This document shows, one piece after another, positions 1 through 10,027 of a stretch of 64,000 nt of DNA. Source of the stretch: Vicinamibacterales bacterium. Lineage in GTDB: Bacteria > Acidobacteriota > Vicinamibacteria > Vicinamibacterales > UBA2999. The position numbers and the translations under genes are program-made. Under the pieces are notes generated by a model. That model made no database searches, was not told the DNA's origin, and saw only the letters and a program-made list of their open reading frames with translations. The DNA is taken from positions 1,027,045 to 1,091,044 of the forward strand of contig CBDFLL010000005.1 of NCBI GenBank assembly GCA_965249205.1. Reading direction: 5' to 3'. Numbering within the stretch: position 1 is the first letter of the stretch; each line of letters starts with the position of its first letter.

Positions 1-407
1 AACAACTTGAGCACGTTGTGTCCGTCAATTTCAAGCTCGACGCCGGCAGATGGGGCGTGCGAACGGATGTCTCGACAGGCTTGGGGTACTTGGGACAGAG
101 CGACCTCTGGGGCGTGATGGCGATGCCTTTTGCGAACATCACCGACAAACTCCAGTTCGTCGGTCGCTATACTTTCCTTGACAGCAAGGACCCGAATGGC
201 CTCCGACTTGCGACCTACGAAAAGCGCGTCGTCTCAGGCCGGGGCGACCGGTACAACGAGTTGTACCTGGGCGCTAATTATTTCTTCTACGGCCACAAGC
301 TCAAACTGCAGACGGGCGCTAAGTTCGCGGACATGAACGATCGCGCTAACGATGGCGGGGCCTATTCCGGTGTGTCCTGGACAACCGGCCTTCGTGTCAG
401 TTGGTGA
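1..407 (+). CDS. Outer-membrane porin, C-terminal part (phosphate-selective porin O/P-like beta-barrel); 5' end lies outside the window
   Basis: ORF 18..407 runs in frame to the window edge. Alternating hydrophobic/polar beta-strand pattern with Tyr/Gly-rich motifs (LGANYFFYGHKLKLQTGAKF) and a C-terminal aromatic ending (GLRVSW), typical of OM beta-barrels of the OprO/OprP family. Confidence 0.5.
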   Translation, partial: QLEHVVSVNFKLDAGRWGVRTDVSTGLGYLGQSDLWGVMAMPFANITDKLQFVGRYTFLDSKDPNGLRLATYEKRVVSGRGDRYNELYLGANYFFYGHKLKLQTGAKFADMNDRANDGGAYSGVSWTTGLRVSW

Positions 408-961
408 GGTGCTGCCAAATGGCAGACCGCTGCTCTGTCCCGCAGTACGATCTCGGCTACTTCCATGACGAGCCTGGTCACTTCGAAGCTGACCGGAATA
501 GACCGGTTATTTTGGCGTCCCTAAGCATTCCCAGTTGGAACCAGATTGCCGGGTTCCTTGAATCCATGCGCCAGCCACGGGACGCCTCAGGGTTCGCGGC
601 CTGACTGCCGTGAACGCTCGGCCAGAAGCACCCGTTCACTCCCCCACTCTTGATTGGAACTACTCACTGAGGCCCTCGCCCGCAGACCGCGGGAAGAGGA
701 CGCTCAGTGCGTCCGCACCAACCGCCGCATCGAGGCTGGTAAGTCTCTTAGGGCAATCTTGGCCCTCACGCTCGCCGAGCCGCTACAACTCACGGGATCT
801 AGCTGGGGTAGGCAAGACGGAAATCCCGGCTCAAGTGAATTCCGGGACTAAGAATTAGGTAGCAGAGAAGATGCTGCAAGGGGGGAGCGGCAGCGGCTCG
901 TCAGCTGTGCGTTCGCAATCGTCGATCGGGGCCAAGTAGTGCCAATATCGGTGTGAGGCAG

Positions 962-1762
962 TCACCCAGCGGCCATCTTGGCATCAAACTCAGCCTCGAG
1001 GCGGTTTCCTTCTGTGATGGATGCTTCAAGATCCTCGGTCTGCGGACTGAGATCCCCGCCACCATTGCGCTCGATCACGTCGTCCGGGACGAAATCGGCG
1101 AGATGGTAGTAGGACGATCGAAGAGTATTCACCCTGTTGTGTACGTCGCGTCGGGACGCTCTCAAACCTTCGGCAATTAACGCGGCCTTAATCTCGTTCT
1201 TCGACGCCGGCAAGGTCGACTCAGGTCGCAGTATTGAGGCTGACGGGATCTTGAGCATATCCATATAGACCCCGACAATGTGTCGCTCTCTCGGAGTCGC
1301 TTGGGCCCTGCGCCTTCTAGCGCCTTGGCGAAAGGTCTCGACCTTACCGGCGGCGATGGTCATTCGGAGGCCCATCGCGACGAATACGATGACAGCCAAC
1401 GTCGCTCCCCAGAAGAACCACGAAGGAACGCCGTACATCCACGATGCCTTCACCCAGGCGTCGACTTTCAGCTGGGCTAACGTCGAGCCTGTTCGGAGTT
1501 TCTCAAGAGCTTCGCTGTGCCAACCGCGGGTGAAGAGTGATCCCACGACAAATAGACCGTAAAGGATCGAGATAACCAGTCTGACTAGCTCCCAGCTGTT
1601 CGTCCCAGCATTGCCTATCTCTAAAGGCACCTCCGGACCTGAGCACCCCCCCAGCAGCCCCAACAGAAAAAGCGCCGCGGCCATGTGTCGAGTTATAGCG
1701 ATCTCCTCCCTGTCGTCTGTCCCTACGCCCGATCCTTGTTCATCATTGCACCGACTCCACAT
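962..1762 (-). CDS. Hypothetical membrane protein (possible lipoprotein signal with internal start near 1684)
   Basis: 266-aa ORF. Internal Met is followed by AAALFLLGLLGGCSG (lipobox-like LGGC). Two further hydrophobic helices, then a soluble charged C-terminal half. Local GC is lower than the window average. No family recognised. Confidence 0.3.
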   Translation of the reverse strand: MWSRCNDEQGSGVGTDDREEIAITRHMAAALFLLGLLGGCSGPEVPLEIGNAGTNSWELVRLVISILYGLFVVGSLFTRGWHSEALEKLRTGSTLAQLKVDAWVKASWMYGVPSWFFWGATLAVIVFVAMGLRMTIAAGKVETFRQGARRRRAQATPRERHIVGVYMDMLKIPSASILRPESTLPASKNEIKAALIAEGLRASRRDVHNRVNTLRSSYYHLADFVPDDVIERNGGGDLSPQTEDLEASITEGNRLEAEFDAKMAAG

Positions 1763-2348
1763 TTACTAGCGGTGCATATCTAACTACTTGATTTAATTGA
1801 ACTTGTGGTGATCCCTGGAAGCACCTCCAATCGACAATCCAGCGAACTCTCGGTAGACCCTGTCTACTGCGTGAATGAGGTCAACTCCTCCGTCCCAGCG
1901 CCGCAGTTCGCATAGGCCCCAGATTCTGAAGGTTTAGACGCCTCCGGCGGCGGTGTCCTGGCGCGCAGTACCTGCCCACCAGCACAGTCCACGCCGTCCT
2001 CGACCGCCATGGGTCGGTGACCCGCCGACGGCGACGTCGGTACCGCGCGGAGGGGACTCCCCTCTCTCGGCCAGCACAGCCCAACGAGCTCTGGTGCGCG
2101 GACTACAAGGGCGAGTTCATGCTCGCCGACCGACGCTACTGTTTTCCGCTCACCGTCACGGACTTATGAGCGCCGCCGGGTTCTTCATCATCCGACCCTT
2201 TCGCTAGGCCGGCCTCTAACAGGCTGCTGAAGAACCCGGGTGATCGGGCCGTTTTCTAAGGATCATGCGAGTCACCACCGACCGACAACGGTGCGCACGG
2301 CTGTGCGCTGGCCCCGATCAAGGGGCCGGCGACACGCGCGGCCGGTGA

Positions 2349-3174
2349 TCAGGGACACCTCGCCTCCAGATTCCGCAGCCGGACCAAGTTATAGACCGTG
2401 GCGGCGAAGGTAAGCTGCCAATCCACGAGGGCGACACCGCGATGCCGGAGTTTGCGCAAGCCGCCGACGGTCTTCATCCAGCCAAAGACCTGTTCTACGA
2501 GTTTCCGTTTCCGCTGACTGACGTGATAGCCCGCATGCCGCGTGGTCCGGCCATCGATCGCACTCCAGCGGACCTTCTGAGCAACGTGGGGCGTGACGGC
2601 CCGGATACGGACAGCGGCCACAAAGCTTGCCACATCGTAGCCCTTGTCCGCCCCGACCGTGCTGCCCGGCGGCGCGCTGGCCTCCAGCAACAGCGCCGCT
2701 GCCTCGCGTTCGGCGGTCCCCGTCGCGTGAGTCGCGCAGACGTTGGCGACAAGTCCCTGTCGATTGTCCAGCAGCACGTGGCCCAGATACGCCAGCTTGG
2801 CTTCCTTCCCCTGGCCCTTCCGAGGCAGCATCGCCTCCGGATCGGTCGTCGACTGGTGCGTGTCGTTGCGCCGCCGCTCCCCGTGGAAGTTGACCGTGGG
2901 ATTCCCGGGGTCATCGGGCGGGTCGCTCTCCGCCGCGTCCCGGCACCGAAAGCTCTTCAGGCTGGCCCACGCTTCCAATTGGGTCCCATCCACAGTGAAG
3001 TGTTCGTCCGAGAGCAGCCCGGCCGCCCGCGCGTGGGCCTGCACCGCATCAAAGAAGGCGGCCGCGAGATCGCCCGCCAGCAGCCGGTCGCGATTCTTGG
3101 TAAACGTGGTGGGATGCCAAACCGGGTCGTCCAAATTCAAGCCCACGAACCAGCGGAACAGCAGGTTGTAATCC
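2349..3174 (-). pseudogene. IS5-family DDE transposase, C-terminal fragment (from ...NLLFRWFVGLNLDD to the end)
   Basis: About 275 aa identical to residues ~87-358 of the intact 358-aa transposase at 13820..14896. The N-terminus reads into the inserted IS1380-like sequence. Confidence 0.85.
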
Positions 3175-4835
3175 GGGATTTCCGTTTTGCCTGTCCCGGA
3201 TGGAGCCGTTATACACTCGAAAGCCGCCGCGCCCACGAGAATCTTCTTCATCGCACATCGTCCAGGCTCTGAGGCCGTCACTTCAGCCCGCGCTTACGTC
3301 TTGTGGGCTGAATCCCGGGCTTCCAGGGCATTCCTTCGACACCGCTCCTCACTTGTGTCCTCGCTTTGCCAAGCCGGCGTCCCTGCACGCGCCGCGCGTC
3401 AACCTGCCGGGACCGGTAGCGCCCAGATCCGCTGGAGCATTGCCCCGAACAGGCGTCGAGTCAGGTGGCTCTCCGCCAGGAACAGCCAGTAGTAGCGCGC
3501 GTGTTTTACTAACCGCGCGCCCGTCTTGACGAGGCGCTGCTGGAGACTGGTCAGCGACCAGGTGTCGATCCGCTTCGGGAGCACCAGCCGCCGCCAGAGG
3601 TTCCCGAGGTTGTAGGCCAGTACGCTCAGTTGCAAGCGGACCTCGTTCGCCCGGAACCGATGACACGACAGGCGCGTCCACTGCGCGGCCTGCTTGCCTT
3701 CCTTGATCCATTGCTCCGCCGTCCCGCGCTTATTGTAAAACCGCACGACGGCACGATTCTGGAGCGGGAGATTCGTGACGATGAAGCCGACGCGCGGGAA
3801 CAGCTCGCCGACGTGGTGCTCGACTTTTGCCACGACCCGTCGGGGCGTGGTCCAGCTGTCCGCCTGATAGCGGACACTCTTGTACCGGACCAATGGCGTG
3901 TGGCTTGGCCGTCCCGCCGGACGAAACAGGATGTCTTCGATCTCTCGCTCCAAGCTCTTGTTCGCGGGTATCCGGATCGCGTACTGGACGCCGCGTGCCT
4001 CCAGCGCCTCGTAGATCGCCGGCCGCGCGAAGGCGGCGTCGGCGCGGAAGGCCACGCGTTTGCCCTGCGCCTGCTGCCGTTCAATCTCCGGCACCAGCAG
4101 CTCGTCCCAGTCGTCCGCGCTGGAGACGTTGCCCGGTCGTAGCTTGGCCGCCAGGCAGTCCCCGTCGTCATTGAACAGAAACAGCGGGTGATAGCAGACC
4201 GTCTCGAAGTGCCCGTTGTAGGCACTGCCTTCCTGCTGCCCATGCACCGGGCTCTCGCTGGAGTCCATGTCGAGCACGACACGATCGGCGTGGGCGAACG
4301 TCTCAGCCTGTCCGACCAGGTCGCGATTCACGGCCATCAACCCGACGAGGTTCTCTTCACGGGTCAGCAGCTCGGTCTCGAACCAATGGAGCGTGGAGGT
4401 GAGGGCCGCACTCCGGTCCCACCGCGTCGGCGATCCGATCAGACGAAACGTCGGATCGGTCGAGAGACGCTGCGCGTCGTTGAGGTCTTCGTAGCCCGCC
4501 AAGCGGCTGTACACCGACTGCCGCAGGAGATCGGGCAACCGGAACTGCGTGTTCCGTCCGTGGCGGGAGTCGCGCAGGTGCGCGGCGATGAGCCCCGCAA
4601 GGCCAAGACGTTCATCCAACTCACGCACCAGAATCAAGCCGGCGTCGGAGGTGATGCGCGACCCCTGAAACGCGACCTTCAGAAACCCGTTGAACGTGAA
4701 CTGAAAGGGCGCGGTTTGTAATTCACCCACTGGGTGTCACCCTCCGTGGCCTGGTTTCTCTCGAGAAACCCGCGAAAATCAAGGCGTGACGACTGATCGC
4801 ATGGGCAAAAGTACCACAGCCAATCGGAAATCCGG
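3175..4835 (-). mobile_element. IS1380/IS4-like insertion sequence (~1661 bp) nested inside IS5 copy 1; 5-bp GTAAT target duplication
   Basis: Imperfect terminal inverted repeats CCGGGATTTCCG / CGGAAATCCGGG. GTAAT lies at 3170-3174 and 4836-4840. The element interrupts the IS5 transposase exactly between codons ...EELNY | NLLF. Confidence 0.7.
3399..4730 (-). CDS. DDE transposase, IS1380/IS4-like family
   Basis: 443-aa ORF. The N-terminal motif ITSDAGLILVRELDERLGL...LRDSR and a C-terminal DDE-type core are characteristic of IS1380-family transposases. It fills the nested element. Confidence 0.7.
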   Translation of the reverse strand: MGELQTAPFQFTFNGFLKVAFQGSRITSDAGLILVRELDERLGLAGLIAAHLRDSRHGRNTQFRLPDLLRQSVYSRLAGYEDLNDAQRLSTDPTFRLIGSPTRWDRSAALTSTLHWFETELLTREENLVGLMAVNRDLVGQAETFAHADRVVLDMDSSESPVHGQQEGSAYNGHFETVCYHPLFLFNDDGDCLAAKLRPGNVSSADDWDELLVPEIERQQAQGKRVAFRADAAFARPAIYEALEARGVQYAIRIPANKSLEREIEDILFRPAGRPSHTPLVRYKSVRYQADSWTTPRRVVAKVEHHVGELFPRVGFIVTNLPLQNRAVVRFYNKRGTAEQWIKEGKQAAQWTRLSCHRFRANEVRLQLSVLAYNLGNLWRRLVLPKRIDTWSLTSLQQRLVKTGARLVKHARYYWLFLAESHLTRRLFGAMLQRIWALPVPAG

Positions 4836-5094
4836 GGTAATTGAGCTCTTCCATCAGCAGCCGCTCGCTCCGCACCGTGTAGAGCACCTGCAGCAACAAC
4901 GCGCGCAGCAGCTGTTCCGGCGGGATCGACGGACGCCCTGTGTTGGCGTACAGGCCGGCGAACCTGCGCGACATCGTTCTCAGCGCTTCGTCCGTCAGCA
5001 CGCGAACCGCGCGGAGCGGATGGTCGGCTGGCACGCGCTGTTCCGGCGACAGGTAGCTGAACATGTGAGTGCTTTGCTCATCGTGTCCGCGCAT
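4836..5094 (-). pseudogene. IS5-family transposase, N-terminal fragment (residues 1-86)
   Basis: MRGHDEQSTHMFSYLSPEQRVPADHPLRAV...LLMEELNY is identical (one substitution) to the N-terminus of the intact copies. The frame then runs into foreign sequence. Confidence 0.8.
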
Positions 5095-5401
5095 GATGGG
5101 GCTCCCTTCAGCGGTGTTGGGAGCATGGTAGTACGCCGGGATCGATCTGTCGATCCCATTTCACGGAGTTTTTCAGCAGCCTGCTAAACCGAAACGCTAC
5201 TCAGAACCGGGGAGACGTCGCGATCTGGCCACTCTTGCCACCACATTAATTGGAAAGGCCGACGAGTCGGACTCGGCCACAACGACGAACTTGGGCAACA
5301 ACAGGCCCCCGCCCGCGGGGGCCGTCGCCGGGTCCAAGTAGGGTGCAACGGGATACTCAGCCGGGTCAGCATTGCCCGCGGGACACATAGTCAGCGCGGC
5401 A

Positions 5402-5746
5402 TCAGACGTCGAAGCTGGGTTGTGGTCGCTTCCGCCAGAGGTTGACGGCGTTGGTTCCGTCTAACGTCACAGAGCCGAGGCGAATATCGTATTGATCGCC
5501 GTCGCTCAGCTTGTAGTGGATCTCGATCCCGGCGATGTCCCAGGTGCCCTCTGTCGGCCCAGACAGATAGAGCTGGTGCGGTACGCTGCGTGGCGCGAAG
5601 CGACCCTCGAACCGCTGGCCAGGGCCGGTGCCGCCGGTCGGCTCATCAAATTCGCAGTCGAAGCCATTGAAGCAGAACCGGGGAGGCTCCCGGGTCCCCA
5701 GGCTGCCGGTCTTGATAGCCACTGTGAAGGTCTCAATGCGAGGCAT
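5402..5746 (-). CDS. Hypothetical protein
   Basis: 114-aa ORF with balanced, protein-like composition (MPRIETFTVAIKTGSLGTREPPRF...). No recognised domain. Co-oriented immediately downstream of the NifU-like gene. Confidence 0.3.
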   Translation of the reverse strand: MPRIETFTVAIKTGSLGTREPPRFCFNGFDCEFDEPTGGTGPGQRFEGRFAPRSVPHQLYLSGPTEGTWDIAGIEIHYKLSDGDQYDIRLGSVTLDGTNAVNLWRKRPQPSFDV

Positions 5747-5764
5747 GGTGTTCTCTATTTCGTA

Positions 5765-6226
5765 TCAGGAGAAGAACGGGTTGGTGCCCGCCTCATGGTC
5801 GGTGTCGTCGTAAATCGCACCAAGGCGGGGCACCGCGTCGCGAAAGGCTCGATGGATTCCTGGCTTCAGCGTGACATCGGCAGCGCTACAACCCTGACAG
5901 CCGCCGCCCATGGTGATACGCACGCTGTTCCCGTGCACCGAGTCGAGCGTGATGACGCCAGAGTGGGCCGCAATGCCGGGGTTGATCTCCTCATCGACAA
6001 CACGCTGAATATCGCTGCGGATGGCCGCCTCGTCGGGAATGGCGTCGATGACGTGCTTCGCCACGAAGGCTGTTCCGGCTGCAAGGTGCGCGCGAATCGC
6101 GGCGCCGACCTCAGCCGCCAAGGATGGCCATTGAACGTGCACATCAGCCTCGAGGCTGATCGTCAGCACTGAACCGTCGAGCAGTACCGAGTCGACCGAC
6201 GACAGGGCACGAATCGTCGCCGCCAA
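5765..6226 (-). CDS. NifU/Nfu-like Fe-S cluster assembly protein
   Basis: The C-terminal motif INPGIAAHSGVITLDSVHGNSVRITMGGGCQGCSAADVTLKPGI matches the NifU C-terminal (Nfu) domain with its CxxC pair. Confidence 0.7.
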   Translation of the reverse strand: MAATIRALSSVDSVLLDGSVLTISLEADVHVQWPSLAAEVGAAIRAHLAAGTAFVAKHVIDAIPDEAAIRSDIQRVVDEEINPGIAAHSGVITLDSVHGNSVRITMGGGCQGCSAADVTLKPGIHRAFRDAVPRLGAIYDDTDHEAGTNPFFS

Positions 6227-6778
6227 GGGGGAATCCTCTGCGACCGAGCTGCTGTCGAACTACCACGAGAACCCGCGACACAGCATCCGATTGGTCATAA
6301 AGCTACACGCCCGTCCATTGGCCGCTGGTTGGGCCTTTATCCGAACCTCACCCGACTCGCTGATCACGTCTTCTCCCCCGGAGTCACCGAGCAGCGGGGC
6401 CTCGATCACCTGGCGAGTCTTCGGGCCTTCCTCTCGGTCGCCAGGCTCGCTGGAGGTGGCGACCGTCCCGATCTCGACGGGCCGCTGAACGACCGGGAGG
6501 CGATGCCCTTGACCAGGCTGTTGATGCTGACCGTCGCCTCGTCCCGACGCGCCGCGTGCTGAAGTTTCCATATCAGCCAATCTTAATGCGCCCTATGCGC
6601 ATCGCAACGATGATTCGTCGCCGTGCCGCTGGGCGAGTATCAATCGCAGACTCCCCCCACAACCCCTCGGCTAGCTGCGTTCAGACGAAATCCCTTTGGG
6701 GGCGAAACAGGCGGATCGTGAAGTCAGCCGTATCCTGCAATTCGGTTAACTCACGTACTCGGCCATATGTCACCGGAT

Positions 6779-7171
6779 TCATGTGCCACTGTACGGCGCC
6801 ATCTCGACGAGCCCCGCTACCGCCTCCGGTTCGCTCAAACGCAGGGAAAACGTCACACGCTCGGTCTGCTGCAGGCGAAACCCCGTCGGCGCGGGCGCTT
6901 CGTTGTGGGCCTGCGGCGCGTCGTAGATCATCGCCCGAAAGGCCCGCAAATGACGCGGGCCAGGCGTGACCTCGATGAACAGCCCGTCCGGGAGCAGCAC
7001 TCGCTGGATGTGCTCAGCTGCGGAGGGCGCAAAGACCTGCAATACGGCGGCGACAGACGTATCCCGCACGGTCAGCCGATACGTGTTGGCGACGGCATGG
7101 TCGATCTGCGGCGCCGCCCGCGACGCCAGGCGAATCGCCTCCTTGGCCACATCTACCCCGTACAGACGCAC
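6779..7171 (-). pseudogene. RlmA-like class I SAM-dependent methyltransferase, C-terminal half only (N-terminal zinc-finger/SAM-binding part absent)
   Basis: The 130-aa ORF contains GVDVAKEAIRLA...LPDGLFIEVTPGPRHLRAFRAMIY, resembling the C-terminus of 23S rRNA m1G745 methyltransferase (TPGPxHL...IY). No in-frame upstream extension and no CxxC motifs, so the gene is truncated. Confidence 0.45.
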
Positions 7172-7538
7172 GTCACCCGAACCGGGGACGACACGTCGTG
7201 CGGCGTGGGGTGGTCGGCTGAATTGAGGAACGGCGGCCTAGTTCACCGGCACCAGCCGCCGCAGTTCCTCGAATCAGTTCTGCACCACGATGATCTGTGG
7301 GCGCCCGTGCTGACAGTCGCGCTATCCTTGACACCTATGCTCACGGCATGCGTCTGTAATTTTGTGTAGAGGTGGGCGCCGAGCAGTTGAAAACCACAGA
7401 GGAACGGGGGTTGCAGGAATCAAGGACGTGATCTTGGTGACGCCAGACCCCGACTACGTCTGTAACAAAAGGGGACGAACCCGACAAAGGAATTGAGGTT
7501 CGCCCACATGGCACCCTGAAGACATCGATGGAGACCAG

Positions 7539-8327
7539 ATGACTGAAGAGGAACAACCCCTACTGCTCCGCGAGACCGCCGAGGGCATTGCTACGCTGAC
7601 ACTGAACCGGCCAAGGCAACGCAATTCGCTGTCGATGGCGTTAATGCGTGCGATCAATGAAGCACTCGCGGACATCGCCGAAGACAGCGACGTCAAAGTC
7701 GTCATCATTCGCGGCAACGGCCCTGCGTTTTGTTCGGGGCACGACCTGAAGGAAATGCGCGCGGATGACCGTGAGGAGGCGCATACCCGGACGCTGAAGG
7801 AATGCGCCAAGATGATGACAAGGATCGTTGAACTACCCAAGCCGGTCATCGCACGCGTGCACGGCATTGCGACGGCCGCTGGCTGCCAGCTTGTCGCGAC
7901 CTGTGATCTGGCCATCGCCGCCTCCGACGCACGCTTCGCCACGCCCGGCGTCAACCTCGGCCTGTTTTGTTCGACGCCGATGGTGGCGTTGAGCCGCAAT
8001 GTGAGCCGGAAACATGCAATGGAGATGCTGTTGACGGGCGAGATGGTTGATGCGGCAACGGCCGAACGGTTCGGCCTGATCAACCGCTCGGTCGCTCTGA
8101 GCGAACTTGACAACGCAGTGCATGCGCTGGCGGCCAGGATTTGTTCGAAGTCCGCTGTCGCCGTCGAAATAGGCAAAGTGGCCTTCTACAAACAGCTTGA
8201 GGTTGGCCTCACGGAGGCTTACGAGTACACGGGCGCTGTCATGGTGCGAAATATGATGACCCACGATGCCGGAGAGGGCATCGATGCATTCATCGAGAAA
8301 CGCCAGCCGGAATGGACCGGCACCTGA
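7539..8327 (+). CDS. Enoyl-CoA hydratase/isomerase (crotonase family)
   Basis: 262 aa. LTLNRPRQRNSLSMALMRAINEALADIAEDSDVKVVIIRGNGPAFCSGHDLKEM is the canonical crotonase fold signature. Confidence 0.85.
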   Translation: MTEEEQPLLLRETAEGIATLTLNRPRQRNSLSMALMRAINEALADIAEDSDVKVVIIRGNGPAFCSGHDLKEMRADDREEAHTRTLKECAKMMTRIVELPKPVIARVHGIATAAGCQLVATCDLAIAASDARFATPGVNLGLFCSTPMVALSRNVSRKHAMEMLLTGEMVDAATAERFGLINRSVALSELDNAVHALAARICSKSAVAVEIGKVAFYKQLEVGLTEAYEYTGAVMVRNMMTHDAGEGIDAFIEKRQPEWTGT

Positions 8328-8382
8328 TTCAACGAATCGATGTCACAAGGGCACTGACGCCCCTATGTGTCAAGACATTCCT

Positions 8383-9459
8383 TTAGGCGGCCTGGGTGAC
8401 GTGTTGGCGCATGCGGAAGTCTGTCATAACCCGTTGGTAAATCTCGCGGGCGAGAAAGCGTTTGAGGCACCGGATGATCTCGCGTTTGGTCCGGCCGTCA
8501 GTGGTGCGTCGTGCGACGTAGGCGACGGTCGGCTGGTGGAACCGCATCCGGACGATGACGGCTCGATAGAGGGCGGCGTTCGCCTGTCGGTGGCCGCCAC
8601 GATTGAGGCGGTGCCGGCCGGTGGTCCTTCCGGACGAGGCCGGGATCGGACACGCGCCGCAGAGCTTCGCGAAGGCAGCTTCCGAGCGAATCCGGTCGGG
8701 GTTGTCGCCGAAGAGGATGAGCAGCTGGGCCGCGGTACCGGCGCCGACCCCGAAGCCCTCACGGAGGGTGGGCGACGTCTCAGTCGTGAGTCGGTCGAGG
8801 TACTGGTCGTGCGTCGCGATTTCCTCGGCGAGAGCGATCCAGCGACGGGCCAGCGCCCGGAGCGTGTGCTTGCCGGAGGCGGTGGGCGTGTCGAGGGGGC
8901 CCGGTCGGAGTCCGGCGCAGCGCGTGAGCAAGCCGTGATCAGGAAGGCCTTGGAGGACTTCTCGCAGCCCGGGCGGCGCGTTCACGACGATCTGCTTCAG
9001 CGTGATCATCGCCGTGGTGCGCGCCTTCACCGCGGTATCCCGGGCGATTTTGAGTTGGCGCATCATCTCGACGGCGCCGTCCGCGGTCTTGGGAGTCGCC
9101 GTCGATTGGCCCGCCAACACCGACCGGGCGGCGGCCTCGGCGTCGATGGTGTCGGACTTGCCGGCGGCTCGGCGCAGGCGCCGGTCGCCTCGGTTCACTT
9201 CCGCGACGCGATGCCCCGCTCGGCGGACCGCACGCACCAGGCCTGCGCCATAACTGCCGGTGCCCTCGATGCCGAACGCTTCGATCCGTCCGTGGGTGTC
9301 GGCCCACATGAGCAGGGACCGATAGCCGCCCGAATCAGCGACGAACGATTGAGCGCCCAAGCGGATCCCCCTGGTGTCGATCGCCACCGCGACGTGGACA
9401 TGCTTGTGGGTATCGACCCCGACGATCACCTTCTGCGCATCGGGCTGGGTGGTCATGTT
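8383..9459 (-). CDS. IS110-family transposase (probable start at MTTQPDAQKVIVGVDTHK)
   Basis: The N-terminal DEDD-type motif VIVGVDTHKHVHVAVAID and the C-terminal region are characteristic of the IS110/IS116/IS902 family. Confidence 0.85.
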   Translation of the reverse strand, partial: NMTTQPDAQKVIVGVDTHKHVHVAVAIDTRGIRLGAQSFVADSGGYRSLLMWADTHGRIEAFGIEGTGSYGAGLVRAVRRAGHRVAEVNRGDRRLRRAAGKSDTIDAEAAARSVLAGQSTATPKTADGAVEMMRQLKIARDTAVKARTTAMITLKQIVVNAPPGLREVLQGLPDHGLLTRCAGLRPGPLDTPTASGKHTLRALARRWIALAEEIATHDQYLDRLTTETSPTLREGFGVGAGTAAQLLILFGDNPDRIRSEAAFAKLCGACPIPASSGRTTGRHRLNRGGHRQANAALYRAVIVRMRFHQPTVAYVARRTTDGRTKREIIRCLKRFLAREIYQRVMTDFRMRQHVTQAA

Positions 9460-9567
9460 GTTGGTCACCGGGTACCTCCTCAGGTGCGACCGCAGGCTGG
9501 CCCGGGTGGGCGGACAGGACTGTGACGGGCCGTCGTTGCAGCAGGCCCCTATTGGGTCACGGCCCAT
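8383..9567 (-). mobile_element. IS110-family insertion sequence (exact ends not determined; IS110 elements lack clear inverted repeats and duplications)
   Basis: Span of the transposase ORF plus leader. Sits in the intergenic region between the crotonase and cytochrome c genes. Confidence 0.55.
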
Positions 9568-10027
9568 CCGGTCAGCTGGCTGCCGTACGGTTTACCGGCG
9601 GGTGGTGGCCGACAGATCAATAGCGAGGACCGTCGGTCAGTCAAGTTGCGGGTCAGGCCACCACCCACCGGCGCCCATCGGTGTCACTGAGCGACCCCGG
9701 CAGGTAGGAGGATCATGCTCACAGTCAAGTTGACGAGACGAGGGCGCCGCGATCCGTCGAACTGGTGTCAGACGTTTGGTCCCGCCTACGCCCGGCTACT
9801 CCGCCATCAACGCGGGCGGCTGGGCACTAACCGCAGGCGTTGAAGTCTGCCTGATCGGTTAGCGGCGGAAAAAATAGAATGTCGCCAGCTTCGGCGCTAC
9901 AAGCGAGGTCGTTCGTGGGTCTGACATTGGCCTCAAGCGCTCTGCTCTCCTACCTTCGGACGCTTCGTAACCTTTCTGCTCTTGGCAATCTCCGGAGACG
10001 GCATCTCACGCGGCAGCGGTGTGAGCC

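Larger units (their letters stand above)
2218..5183 (-). mobile_element. IS5-family insertion sequence copy 1 (~1295 bp), disrupted by a nested IS1380-like element; flanked by CTAA 4-bp direct repeats
   Basis: Termini CAGGCTGCTGAAGAAC ... GTTTTTCAGCAGCCTG match the three intact copies at 13691, 37975 and 59779. CTAA sits at 2214-2217 and again at 5184-5187. The transposase reading frame is split at 3174/4836. Confidence 0.85.

Noticed and set aside
6260-6580. 106-aa minus-strand ORF and overlapping plus-strand ORFs between the NifU-like gene and the methyltransferase fragment
   Set aside because: No domain signal, low-complexity composition, mutually overlapping. Probably non-coding.
8266-9525. 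419-aa plus-strand ORF overlapping the IS110 transposase
   Set aside because: Low-complexity R/G/A-rich translation. The minus-strand IS110 transposase is the supported gene.
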